A program made the translations under genes and the position numbers. A stretch of 52,213 nt of DNA from Solirubrobacteraceae bacterium (GTDB taxonomy: Bacteria; Actinomycetota; Thermoleophilia; Solirubrobacterales; Solirubrobacteraceae), in assembly GCA_035602785.1 (NCBI GenBank), contig DATNLQ010000138.1:1-52213 (forward strand), given 5' to 3'. Under the pieces are notes generated by a model. That model ran no database searches and had not been told where the DNA came from. It saw nothing but the letters and a program-made list of their open reading frames with translations. Below, piece after piece: positions 19,046 through 28,427 of the stretch (position 1 is the stretch's first letter; each line of letters starts with the position of its first letter).

Positions 19046-20021
19046 AGCCCCACAGGCTCACCAGGTCGCGGTCAAGGTGCTCGCTCAGCGCGACCACCTC
19101 TCCCTTGAAGCGCCTGCGCAACTCGAGCATGAAGCTCTCGTCGGGCGGCGGGGGCTCGCCGTGCACGACGCGCCGCCTGGTGAAGTCGAGCAGGCGACGG
19201 CGCGCCTGCCGGGGCGCGAGCGCCTTGACCGCCGCCTTGGCCACCCCCGACAGCGGGCCCCTGCCCACCGACACGGCGTGCACGAGGTCGTCGAGCTGCT
19301 GGGAGCGCATGAGGATCGAGGGGTTCACGTCGAGCACCTCCAGCGGGCGCGTGTCATCCACTTCCAAAAAGCGCAGGACCGTGCGCAGCGTGGCGTCGTT
19401 GTCGGCTCTGAAGTCGTCATAGATGAGCACCAAGATCTGCTCTGGTGCGAACAGCTGCTCATAGCGGCGCAACTGCTCGACATAGCGCACGAGCTGTGAG
19501 TACTGCAGCAGCTGCGGGCGGTGTGACTGGCGCGGAATCTGGCGGCCGTTGGCCCGTTCCTGTTCTAGGGAGATCGCCGTGCGAAAGTCCTTCTTCACCT
19601 CCACGTGGCTTTGCAGCAGTTGCAGGTGAAGCGAGCGCAGGAAGCTGGCCGGCTCGCGCAGGATCGCGATGATCCTCGCCTCGGGCGCGACCTGTGCGAT
19701 CTGCGCTGCCGCGGTGCGCGACCACAGATATGACGAGGACGCCTCGCCGGCGCGCTGCTCGGGAGCGGCCGGCGTGAACAGGGACAGGTACTCCTCCAGC
19801 GTCTGCGGCCCGCGCCCGGCTCGTCGCGGTATGAAGCGCGGCTTCATGTCGGTCGAGAAGAACCACGGCTCCTTGGCGTCCGGCATGTAGATCTGCGGGT
19901 GCGGGCGCAGCATCTCATACAGCGCCGTCGTGCCGCTCTTGGCGTGCCCTACGATGAAGAAGTCGGGCGTTCGCAGCGGCGAACGCTGCTCTTCGGCCAC
20001 AGATTCACTCGATGTCGTCAT
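19029..20021 (-). CDS. PAPS-dependent sulfotransferase (ST6)
   Basis: PDFFIVGHAKSGTT, KEPWFF, GEASSSY and ILREP. Confidence 0.93.
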   Translation of the reverse strand: MTTSSESVAEEQRSPLRTPDFFIVGHAKSGTTALYEMLRPHPQIYMPDAKEPWFFSTDMKPRFIPRRAGRGPQTLEEYLSLFTPAAPEQRAGEASSSYLWSRTAAAQIAQVAPEARIIAILREPASFLRSLHLQLLQSHVEVKKDFRTAISLEQERANGRQIPRQSHRPQLLQYSQLVRYVEQLRRYEQLFAPEQILVLIYDDFRADNDATLRTVLRFLEVDDTRPLEVLDVNPSILMRSQQLDDLVHAVSVGRGPLSGVAKAAVKALAPRQARRRLLDFTRRRVVHGEPPPPDESFMLELRRRFKGEVVALSEHLDRDLVSLWGYDSIE

Positions 20022-21015
20022 AGGCCCAAAGCGTGATCAGATCGCGATCCAGGTGCTCGCTGAGCGCCTGTACCTCTCCCTTGAAGCGCCGGCGCAGCTC
20101 CAGCATGAACGCCTCGTCGGGTGCGCTCGGCTCGCGGTAGACGACGTTGCGCTGGGCTGCGTGCAGCGCCCCGCGGCGCATGGCGGTGGGGGTGAGTGCC
20201 TTGATCGTCGCCTTGACCGCCTGGGAGACCGGGCCGCGCCCGACCGACACCGCGTGCACGAGCTCGTGCAGGCGCTGCGAGCGCACGGCGACTGACGGGT
20301 TGGCGTCCAGCAGCTCGACCGGCACCGTGTCGTCGACCTCCAGGAAGCGCAGTACTCGACGCACGGTGTTCTCGTTGTCGGCGCGAAAGTCGTCATATAT
20401 GAGCACCAGCAGCTGTTGCGGGGAGAACACGGCCTCATAGCGACGCAACTGTTCCACGTAGCGCACGTGCTCGGAATACAGCAGCGTGCGCGGCCAATAG
20501 GAGTGGCGCGGGATGTGGCGGCCCTCACGCCTGGCGGCCTCGAGCGAGATCGCCTTGGCGAAGTCGCTCTCGGTCTCGATGTACGTCTCCACGAACTGCA
20601 GGTGAAGCGAGCGCAGCAGCGCGGCGGGCTCGCGCAGGATCGCGATTATCTTCGCCTGGGGACACACCGACGCGATGCGTTGCGGAGCCGTGCGCGACCA
20701 CAGGTACAGAGGCGAGGTCTCACCCATCACCTGGTCGCCCCCGGCATCTGCAAACCAGGACAGGTATTGCTCGAGCGTCCGCGGAGTGCCCTCGCGGCGT
20801 GGTGGCGTGCGCTCGAGCAGCTCGGTGGCAAAGAACCACGCCTCCTTGCTCGCCGGCATGAATATGGCGGGATGGCGTCGCAGCATGTCAGACAGCGCCG
20901 TCGTGCCGCTCTTGGGCTGGCCAACGATGAAGAAGTCGGGCACCCGACCCGGTGCGCGCACCGACGCGGGCGACGTCGGCGCGGAGCCTCGGCTGTCAGG
21001 CGAGCTGACGCTCAC
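20005..21015 (-). CDS. PAPS-dependent sulfotransferase (ST7)
   Basis: PDFFIVGQPKSGTT, KEAWFF, GETSPLY and ILREP. Start placed at GTG 21015, overlapping the upstream gene by 20 bp. Confidence 0.92.
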   Translation of the reverse strand: MSVSSPDSRGSAPTSPASVRAPGRVPDFFIVGQPKSGTTALSDMLRRHPAIFMPASKEAWFFATELLERTPPRREGTPRTLEQYLSWFADAGGDQVMGETSPLYLWSRTAPQRIASVCPQAKIIAILREPAALLRSLHLQFVETYIETESDFAKAISLEAARREGRHIPRHSYWPRTLLYSEHVRYVEQLRRYEAVFSPQQLLVLIYDDFRADNENTVRRVLRFLEVDDTVPVELLDANPSVAVRSQRLHELVHAVSVGRGPVSQAVKATIKALTPTAMRRGALHAAQRNVVYREPSAPDEAFMLELRRRFKGEVQALSEHLDRDLITLWAYDDIE

Positions 21016-22579
21016 GACGCCCCAATCCAGGCGCGGCCGTGCCGAAGGCAATCTTGCGCCCCGACCCGGCGAACCAGTAGGCGATCACGCCGGCCGTGAA
21101 CCAGAAGAACGGGCCGAGCGCCGCGCTCGACATGACCGGGCCCGAGAAGCCGATCACCGCCATTGCGATGATCGGCGACACGATCGCCGCAATCTCCATG
21201 CGCAACTCGAAGTCCACTATGCGCCTCAGCTTCGGCAGCGCTTGGACGAGCATCGTCACCAGCAACCCGACCCACAGCAGCAGGCCCGGCAACCCCAGTT
21301 CATCGAGGACGAATTTGTACTGGGACTCGGCGCCGGTAGCATGGCCTTCGATCAGGTTCTTCTGGATGCCTCCGAAGCCGGCCGACGCGCCCACCGTCCC
21401 GAGCCCGAGCCCGAATGGCGCTGCCAGGATCTGGCTGGGGATGTGCGCCACTTCGTTGGTCTTGGTGTCTTTGGCTTCTGTCACGTTGCTGGGAGCGATT
21501 TCTGTGTAGCGCGAGAACGCCGAGCCTCCCACGTAGGACACCAGCACCGCCCCGAGCGGCAGGGCCAGCACCAGGACGGCCAGCAGAGCGGCTAGCGGTC
21601 GGGTGATCTGTCTGCCGGCTGAGCTGAATGCCAGCGCGGTGAACGCGAGCACGGCGATCACCGCGCCGACGACCTGCAAGCGACCAAGCCCGGTGGCGAC
21701 GCCGGCGAGCGCCCCCAGGCACAGCAACAGCACGGGCCATCGTCGGCGCAGGCCCCCGGTGGCCAGCAGTGCAAGCGTTCCGGGCAGCGCCACCAGGCCG
21801 ACCGCGCCACCGAAGCCGGCATCGGTTCCGAGCGCCGGAGGACGCACCCGCGCGGAGCCTCCGCTGGCGAAGGTGCGGGCCGAGACTCCATTGGCCCCGA
21901 ACACCAATTCGCGATAGCCGGGCCCCCAGCTGGCGAGCTGACCGGGGCTCAGCCGGCTTTGATATGTGCTCACCGCTCCGTTGGCCAGCGCGAGCACCCC
22001 GAGAATCAAAAAGAGCCTGCGAAAACGCTCCTTCGAACGCATCACCACATAGCCGAAGAAAAAGAACGGAAGCCACTCCAGCTGCTGGCGAAAGCCGCCG
22101 AGGATCTTCAGGATCCCGTGGGTGTTCGGGTTGAAGGCCTCTACTAGTACGAGCGCACCGTACGCCAGCACCCAGCCGGACATTGGCGGCAGCGTGATCG
22201 ATTCCCGTTTGACCAGCAGGCGCAGCATCGCGCCCAGCACCACCGCGAAGATCAGGATGTCGCGGATGACCGAAGCCGCTTCGTGCCCGCCGCTGCCGAG
22301 CTTCACAGGCCCCTCGAGCAGTCCGAGATAGAGGACGATGAACGTGAGCGTCATCGGGTAACGGTCGCTGCCGATGAGGGCCACTATGCCCAGCCCTCCC
22401 ACTATCAAGCCGAGCACCAGCAGGAGGTTGGGCTTGGACACCTCCAGGCTGATCGCCAGTGCGAGGGCCAGCGGGATCGCGGCGCTGGCGCCGATCAACA
22501 TCAGCTCGCGTATGCGCCGGTTGAGCACATACGGGTGGCTTTCGCCCATTCCGGGCAGCAGTGCCGAGAAGGCGCTCAT
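20996..22579 (-). CDS. Polytopic membrane protein, O-antigen ligase/Wzy polymerase-like
   Basis: Many hydrophobic helices, large loops with VRPPALG and PFGLGLG...ELGLPGLL. ATGA-coupled to the Wzc-like gene. Confidence 0.7.
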   Translation of the reverse strand: MSAFSALLPGMGESHPYVLNRRIRELMLIGASAAIPLALALAISLEVSKPNLLLVLGLIVGGLGIVALIGSDRYPMTLTFIVLYLGLLEGPVKLGSGGHEAASVIRDILIFAVVLGAMLRLLVKRESITLPPMSGWVLAYGALVLVEAFNPNTHGILKILGGFRQQLEWLPFFFFGYVVMRSKERFRRLFLILGVLALANGAVSTYQSRLSPGQLASWGPGYRELVFGANGVSARTFASGGSARVRPPALGTDAGFGGAVGLVALPGTLALLATGGLRRRWPVLLLCLGALAGVATGLGRLQVVGAVIAVLAFTALAFSSAGRQITRPLAALLAVLVLALPLGAVLVSYVGGSAFSRYTEIAPSNVTEAKDTKTNEVAHIPSQILAAPFGLGLGTVGASAGFGGIQKNLIEGHATGAESQYKFVLDELGLPGLLLWVGLLVTMLVQALPKLRRIVDFELRMEIAAIVSPIIAMAVIGFSGPVMSSAALGPFFWFTAGVIAYWFAGSGRKIAFGTAAPGLGRRERQLA

Positions 22580-24243
22580 CGACCGATGAGCTTGCGACGG
22601 GCGCCGGAGTCCGCCGGCGCCCAGCTGAAGCCGTATCTTTCGATGTCCTTGCGGGGCACGCAGTTGACGACCGCGCCGATCAGCGGCGCGCTCGCGGTCC
22701 GCCCGAGCAGTTGAGCTAGGCGCTTGGCCGCCAGATCGCGTGTATGGCCGATGCGCGCCACCATCACGATGCCGTCGACAGTCGAAAGCAGCGGCATCGC
22801 GTCGCTCACTTCAAGCGGCGGCGGCGCATCGATCAGCACGTAGTCGTACTCGTCGGCGACGGAGCGCAGCAGGGTGCTCATGGCACCGCCGGCCAGCAGC
22901 GCGGGCGGATTGGCGACCGCCCCCCCGCCCACCAACACCGATACCGACCCCATGCCGCCGGACTCCACCACCGTCGAGACGCCGCCGACCGCCTCCTGGG
23001 CGCCGGCGCCGATACCCAGATGAGCGGGAGAGCTGACCGACTGCATCGCCTCCTCGACGCCCACCTTGCCGGCGAGCACGTCGGCCAGCCCGTATTGCCC
23101 GCTGGCATCCAGCAGCCTGGCTTGGGTGGGCCGGCGAAAGTCGGCCTCGACGACCACCACCTTCGCACCGGCCTCTGACTGCACGCGCGCGAGGTTGGCG
23201 ACCAGCGCGGACTTGCCGTCGCCGGCCTCGGCGCTGAGGAAGAGGATCATGCGAGGGCCGTTGTCAGGGCGACGCTGGAGCATGTCGCCGAGCTCGAGCG
23301 TCGTGTGCAATCGGCGCAGCGGCTCGAGCAAGGCCTTGGCCGGCGCGCGGCGCCCGTCGGGGCGCACGACCGGGTTCTTGACCGCGGGCAGCGCCGCGAG
23401 GATCTGCGTCTGGAAGATCGCCTCGATCTCGCCGAGGGAGCGCAGGCGGCGGTCGAAGCGGCTGAGCATGTAGGCCGCGATCGAGGCGAGCACGATCCCC
23501 AGCACGAATCCGAAGATCGCATTTTTTTTCGGCGACGTCAGCACCGGGATGGCTTGCGCTTTGCCCACCTGCTGGACGCCCGAGTAGCTCGCCAGCTGGG
23601 ATTCGAGCGCGTTGATCTTCGTGGCCAGGTTGGCGGCGGCGATCGTCGAGGAAGCGCTGAGTCCCTTCGAGGCCTTGCCCTTGGTGGTCGGCGGCGGCAG
23701 TTCGATCCTGCGCAGCTGCTCGGTGGCATTTTCTATCTGCGTGCGCAGGCCGCGCGTGTAGTTGGCACGGTTTCGCCGGATGAACGCCTGGGCGTAGGCG
23801 TTGGCGAGGCTCACGGCCGCGCGCGCGGTGCGCGCCTTCGTGGTGATCGTGATGAAGGAGCTGGTCGCGCTCGCTGTCGCCTTGGCCTTGCCGCGCACTG
23901 CGGCTATATCCCCTTCGGCGCGCATGCGCTTGCGCACGACTTCACCGATGATCGGCGAGTTGATGACGCCGACTTCATTGGTCAGGGCGCGACCCGCCAC
24001 GGATTTGGCGCCGGAGTTGCTGCCCGCCTGCTGTTCGCCATTGCTGCCCAGATACAGCTGCGTGGTCGCCGTGTATGTGGCGGTCTGATGCTTGTAATAC
24101 AGATAGGTACCCGCCGCCACGACGATCCCGACGGCAAGGATCAGCCACTTCCGCTTCCAGAGCGGAGCGATGATGCTGGTCGCGTCGGTGGTGGTGTCGT
24201 TCATCGACTTAGGTGGCCCATCCATGGCCGGTGCACCAGCCAT
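22576..24243 (-). CDS. Polysaccharide co-polymerase fused to a BY-kinase-like ATPase (Wzc/CapAB-like)
   Basis: Wzz-type N-terminal TM (LWKRKWLIL), second TM after SPKK, Walker A SAEAGDGKS, A' EADFRRP and Walker B YVLIDAPP. Confidence 0.88.
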   Translation of the reverse strand: MAGAPAMDGPPKSMNDTTTDATSIIAPLWKRKWLILAVGIVVAAGTYLYYKHQTATYTATTQLYLGSNGEQQAGSNSGAKSVAGRALTNEVGVINSPIIGEVVRKRMRAEGDIAAVRGKAKATASATSSFITITTKARTARAAVSLANAYAQAFIRRNRANYTRGLRTQIENATEQLRRIELPPPTTKGKASKGLSASSTIAAANLATKINALESQLASYSGVQQVGKAQAIPVLTSPKKNAIFGFVLGIVLASIAAYMLSRFDRRLRSLGEIEAIFQTQILAALPAVKNPVVRPDGRRAPAKALLEPLRRLHTTLELGDMLQRRPDNGPRMILFLSAEAGDGKSALVANLARVQSEAGAKVVVVEADFRRPTQARLLDASGQYGLADVLAGKVGVEEAMQSVSSPAHLGIGAGAQEAVGGVSTVVESGGMGSVSVLVGGGAVANPPALLAGGAMSTLLRSVADEYDYVLIDAPPPLEVSDAMPLLSTVDGIVMVARIGHTRDLAAKRLAQLLGRTASAPLIGAVVNCVPRKDIERYGFSWAPADSGARRKLIGR

Positions 24244-24396
24244 CTTAGGGGTGTACGCCCACCACAGGGTACCGACCGAAACGCTGGCCGGCGCAATGCT
24301 GCGTGCGCCCGGTTACCCGCCCGTCGTCGACGTTCTCAGACGTTTTGCGGCGACGGCAGGAAGGTAGCATTCCTCACACGGCAGATGAGCTCATAG

Positions 24397-25518
24397 ATGC
24401 GGAGGGCAACGGTGCAGGACTCGGACAGCAGGCGGATCCTGTGCTTTGCGACGCAGGGTGAGGCACACCTCGATTTCGAGCGCCTGCGCTACCTGCTGGA
24501 GCCACTGGGCGCCGAGCCCTACGCGTTTGACCACGACAACAAGCTGCGCTCGGCCGTCGGCCTGTTCAAAGCGGTGCGGGCGCGGCGCCCCAACCTGGTG
24601 GTGATGGAGGGGACGGGCATGGCCGGCGGCTTGGCGCTGCTGGCGATCGATGGCCTGCTGGGCATTCCCTTCGTGGTCAGCAGCGGCGATGCCGTCGGGC
24701 CCTACCTGGGTCTGCGCTCGCGCGTGGCCGGCCTGCTCGGCGGGCTCTACGAGCGCCTGCTGTGCCGGCGCTGCGCGGGATATGTGGGCTGGACGCCCTA
24801 CCTGGTCGGCCGTGCCCTCACGTTTGGCGCTGCGCGCGCGATGACCGCTCCCGGCTGGACGCGCGAGCGCGCGGCGGCCGATGCCCGCGAGGCGGTCAGG
24901 GCGCGCCTTGGCATCGCGCCCGACGCGCTCGTCGTGGGCCTCGTCGGGTCGCTCAACTGGAGAGCGCGCGTCGGCTATGTCTACGGCGCCGAGCTGATTG
25001 GCGCCGTCGCTCAGATACCGCGCCGCGACGTGGTCGTGTGCATCGTCGGCGACGGCCCGGGGCTGGCGCGACTGCGAGAGACGGCCGGCGCGGATCTTGG
25101 CACACGGGTGCTGCTTCCCGGTCGCGTGGCACCGCAAGAGGTTTCCCAGTATCTGGCGGCCTTCGACGTGGCGAGCCTGCCCCAGAGCGTTGACGGCGTC
25201 GGCTCGTTTCGCTACTCGACGAAGCTCAGCGAGTACCTTGCCGCGGGACTGCCGATCGTCACAGGCGAGAACCCGGTCGCCTACGATCTCGACGAGGGCT
25301 TCTTCTGGAGGTTGCCCGGGCGGACCCCCTGGAGCCCCGAATACATCGACGCGCTTGCGCACCTGCTGCAGACGCTCACCGCGGCTGAGATCGCACAGCG
25401 CCGCCAGGCGGCCGCGGGCGCGCGGGCCGATCCGTTCGACAAAGTCGCCCAGCAGCGGCGGATGTGCGCGTTCATCGATGACCTGCTGGCCGACCGCACG
25501 GATGAACGATCAGCGTGA
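24397..25518 (+). CDS. Glycosyltransferase, GT4-like
   Basis: VVGLVGSL, IVGDGPG, LPGRV and STKLSEYLAAGLPIV. Confidence 0.85.
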   Translation: MRRATVQDSDSRRILCFATQGEAHLDFERLRYLLEPLGAEPYAFDHDNKLRSAVGLFKAVRARRPNLVVMEGTGMAGGLALLAIDGLLGIPFVVSSGDAVGPYLGLRSRVAGLLGGLYERLLCRRCAGYVGWTPYLVGRALTFGAARAMTAPGWTRERAAADAREAVRARLGIAPDALVVGLVGSLNWRARVGYVYGAELIGAVAQIPRRDVVVCIVGDGPGLARLRETAGADLGTRVLLPGRVAPQEVSQYLAAFDVASLPQSVDGVGSFRYSTKLSEYLAAGLPIVTGENPVAYDLDEGFFWRLPGRTPWSPEYIDALAHLLQTLTAAEIAQRRQAAAGARADPFDKVAQQRRMCAFIDDLLADRTDERSA

Positions 25519-25540
25519 CGCGAGGCGCGCCCGCGACCGA

Positions 25541-26722
25541 TCAGCGTGATGCGAGCTGAACCGTCTGGCCGTGGCCGGCCAGGCGCTGGTAGAGCTCGTG
25601 GTGCTCGCGCACCATCCGCTGCCCGGAATAGCGCAGGGCCGACTCACGCGCTGCGCGGCCGAGGCGGTCTCTGAGCTGTGGATCCGCGGCGAGCTCATCC
25701 AGGCGCGCGGCGATCAGCTGCGGGTCGCGGGTGATCAGAAAGCCGTTGTGCCCGTCCTCGATCAGCTCGCGCACGCCGCTCACGGGGGTGGCCAGGACCG
25801 GTAGGCCGCTGGCGGCCGCCTCGAAGGTGACCAGCGAGAAGGTCTCATAGCTGGAGGGCAGCACGAAGGCGTCGGCGACCCGGTAGACGAGCTGGACATC
25901 GGATGTGACGCCCCGCCAGCGCAGCCGCTGCCCCATACCCAGTTGCGTGGCGAGCGCGTCATAGCGGGCCTGCTCGCCGCCCCCGGCGACCAGCAGCGTC
26001 CACTGAGGGCTCTGTGCGACGGCGCGGATGGCGCTCTCAAGGCCCTTGCGCTCCCACTCGCTGCCCACGAACGCGACCACGAGCCCGTCTGGGGGCAGAT
26101 CCAAGGAGTCGCGCAGCGCCCGTGCGTCGTCAGGCCTGACCCCAGGGGCGAAGGTGTCCGTGTCGACGCCGTTGTGGATCGTCACCACGCGATCCGCCAG
26201 CGCGGGGAAATGCTCGCGCACCTCCGCTGCCACGCCATCTGACACACACACGACCGCCCTGGCGCGACTGGTGTGAAAGCAGATGCGCTCGCCCAGGCGC
26301 TTGAGCAGGCCGGCCATGGTCACCTGCGCGCGAAACAGGCGCGTCGAGCGACTGGGATTGACCGGACCAACCTGATGGCAGTAGTGGACGGCGAGAACGT
26401 CGATGCGATTGAGCACGATCGCGCCCGTCGCCTGGACCACTCCCCGACGCCACCGACGGACGGCCAGCGAGCCCGCCAGGATGAACCATGGATAGGCGAT
26501 CAAGAACGGGCGTCCGGGCGCCCTCACCCGATGAAATGTCAAGCCCAAATTCGCCGGCAGCTCACAAGTGCGCGCGATCACCGTGACGTCGTGGCCAAGG
26601 CCGCGCAGGCCGACGATCAGGTCTGTCAGCTGTCGCTCCATGCCACCCACCCCGCCGATGTCGTTGGCGACGATCGTAATGTCGCTGGGCGCGGGCGGCC
26701 CTATCCCACTGTCGCCTTGCAT
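25541..26722 (-). CDS. Glycosyltransferase family 4
   Basis: GGMERQ, IHNGVD, FVG..WERKG and YETFSLVTFEAA. Start placed at ATG 26722. Confidence 0.92.
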   Translation of the reverse strand: MQGDSGIGPPAPSDITIVANDIGGVGGMERQLTDLIVGLRGLGHDVTVIARTCELPANLGLTFHRVRAPGRPFLIAYPWFILAGSLAVRRWRRGVVQATGAIVLNRIDVLAVHYCHQVGPVNPSRSTRLFRAQVTMAGLLKRLGERICFHTSRARAVVCVSDGVAAEVREHFPALADRVVTIHNGVDTDTFAPGVRPDDARALRDSLDLPPDGLVVAFVGSEWERKGLESAIRAVAQSPQWTLLVAGGGEQARYDALATQLGMGQRLRWRGVTSDVQLVYRVADAFVLPSSYETFSLVTFEAAASGLPVLATPVSGVRELIEDGHNGFLITRDPQLIAARLDELAADPQLRDRLGRAARESALRYSGQRMVREHHELYQRLAGHGQTVQLASR

Positions 26723-26806
26723 GTTGCCCACCAGTCTGCCAGGGGGGCGCGCAGCGTACTGAAACCACGCGCCGTGCCTGCCACCCTCTACAGTTGGCCG
26801 CGCGCC

Positions 26807-27745
26807 ATGAGCGAACACGCCCAGCGTCCACCCTCGGCCATCCAGCGCGCTTACCGGTTCGTCAACAGGCCCTACTACTGGTACAGGCCCTCCCAGCTGG
26901 CGCTGCGCCTGCGCGCTAAGAGCCAGCCAGACGGCGTGCTATGCGTGGTGCGCACCGCGTGGGGCGCGCATCTGTACTGCTGGCCCGATCCGCTCGGCCA
27001 GGCGGTGGCGCGCACGGGCGTCTATGACCTGACTGTGGCCGAGACGCTCGCACGTCTGGCAGCCCCGGGCGAGAGCGCGATAGACGCGGGCGCCAACGTC
27101 GGCCTGATGTCAAGCCTGCTCGCGCGCGCGGTGGGGCCGCAAGGGCACGTGACGTCCTTCGAGCCCCACCCCATGATCTTCGCCACGCTCGCTCGCAACG
27201 TGGCGCTGTGGGATCGCGAGGAGCACGTCACCGTGATCGCGGCTCGCCAGGCGGCCGTGTCGGCGACTGCGGGCACGCTGCCGCTCGCGGTGGATCCGCA
27301 GGCGTTCGCCCACAACAAGGGCACTGCCTCGCTGGAGCACGTCGACGGCGCGGATGTAACCGACGTGCAGACGGTTCGTCTCGACGATGAGGTCTCCGGT
27401 CCCATCGGGGTTCTCAAGCTGGACGTCGAGATGCACGAGCTGGCCGCGCTGGAAGGCGCTGAGGCACTGCTCTCGCGCAGGCTCATCCGCGACATCGTCT
27501 TCGAGGAGCACGAGCCGCCGCCGACACCCGTGACGCAGCTGCTTGAGGCCCACGGCTATGTGGTGCTAAGCATCCGCCAGGGGCTCACCGGCCCGATCCT
27601 GTGCGCCCCCGCGGAGGCGTACAGCAAGAAACTGTGGGATCCGCCAGCGCTGCTGGCCACCAGCGATCCCCGCCGCGCCCGCGAGCGGCTGCGCCGGCGC
27701 GGCTGGGTCAGCCTGCGAAGCCGCCCGCGCAATCGAGCCCGATAG
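26807..27745 (+). CDS. FkbM-family methyltransferase
   Basis: IDAGANVG, SFEPHP and LKLDVEMHEL.ALEGA. Confidence 0.9.
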   Translation: MSEHAQRPPSAIQRAYRFVNRPYYWYRPSQLALRLRAKSQPDGVLCVVRTAWGAHLYCWPDPLGQAVARTGVYDLTVAETLARLAAPGESAIDAGANVGLMSSLLARAVGPQGHVTSFEPHPMIFATLARNVALWDREEHVTVIAARQAAVSATAGTLPLAVDPQAFAHNKGTASLEHVDGADVTDVQTVRLDDEVSGPIGVLKLDVEMHELAALEGAEALLSRRLIRDIVFEEHEPPPTPVTQLLEAHGYVVLSIRQGLTGPILCAPAEAYSKKLWDPPALLATSDPRRARERLRRRGWVSLRSRPRNRAR

Positions 27746-27747
27746 CG

Positions 27748-28410
27748 GTGGCAGGCGTGCGCACATATTCAGACCAGCTGGACTCGGGCGGTGCGTCGAT
27801 GCGAGAGATCGTGGCCGGCGCGCTGGAGGCCGCGCATCCAGAACCGGGCCTTCGCTGGCTGGACATCGGCTGCGGTCGCGGCGACCTGTTGCGCAGGATC
27901 AGGGACGAGTGGCAGCCAACAGAGCTGCACGGCATCGACCCGATCGACTGGCTGGACTCGGATCTCAGCGCAGATGTTAACTTTCACACAATCGCGGCGG
28001 AGGACGCCGACGAGCTGGCGGTGGTCGACCGGGTGCTGTTGGTGGAGGTGATCGAGCACCTCGAGGCCCCGTGGACAGCGCTGCGAAAAGCCGCCCGCCT
28101 GGTCGCGCCGGGTGGGCGGATCGTCGTCTCGACGCCCAACCTAGCCTCGCTGCGCAACCGCCTGGAGCTCGGGCTGCGTGGCCACCTGACGAGCTTTCGC
28201 CCCGGCTACGACCCGCACATCTCCCCCGCCCTGCCGCACGTGATCGCGCGCGTCTTGGAGGAGGAGGGGCTGCAGGTGCAGGCGCCCGTGTTCGCCGGCA
28301 CGGATGTGATCTCGTTGACGGGTGGGCGCAGCTGGCCGCACGCGATCAGGCGGCGCTGGCCGCGGCTGACCTGCGTGTCGGTGCTGACGAGCGCGGTGCG
28401 CCCCAACTGA
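27748..28410 (+). CDS. Class I SAM-dependent methyltransferase
   Basis: WLDIGCGRG, EVIEHLE.P and PGGRIVVSTPN. Start uncertain. Confidence 0.88.
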   Translation: MAGVRTYSDQLDSGGASMREIVAGALEAAHPEPGLRWLDIGCGRGDLLRRIRDEWQPTELHGIDPIDWLDSDLSADVNFHTIAAEDADELAVVDRVLLVEVIEHLEAPWTALRKAARLVAPGGRIVVSTPNLASLRNRLELGLRGHLTSFRPGYDPHISPALPHVIARVLEEEGLQVQAPVFAGTDVISLTGGRSWPHAIRRRWPRLTCVSVLTSAVRPN

Positions 28411-28427
28411 TTGCGGCAGTTGCCTGC

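Noticed and set aside
17041..21015. ~1 kb periodic DNA similarity suggesting a repeat array or assembly artefact
   Set aside because: Explained by diverged sulfotransferase paralogs. The copies differ throughout and show no CRISPR-like repeat-spacer structure.
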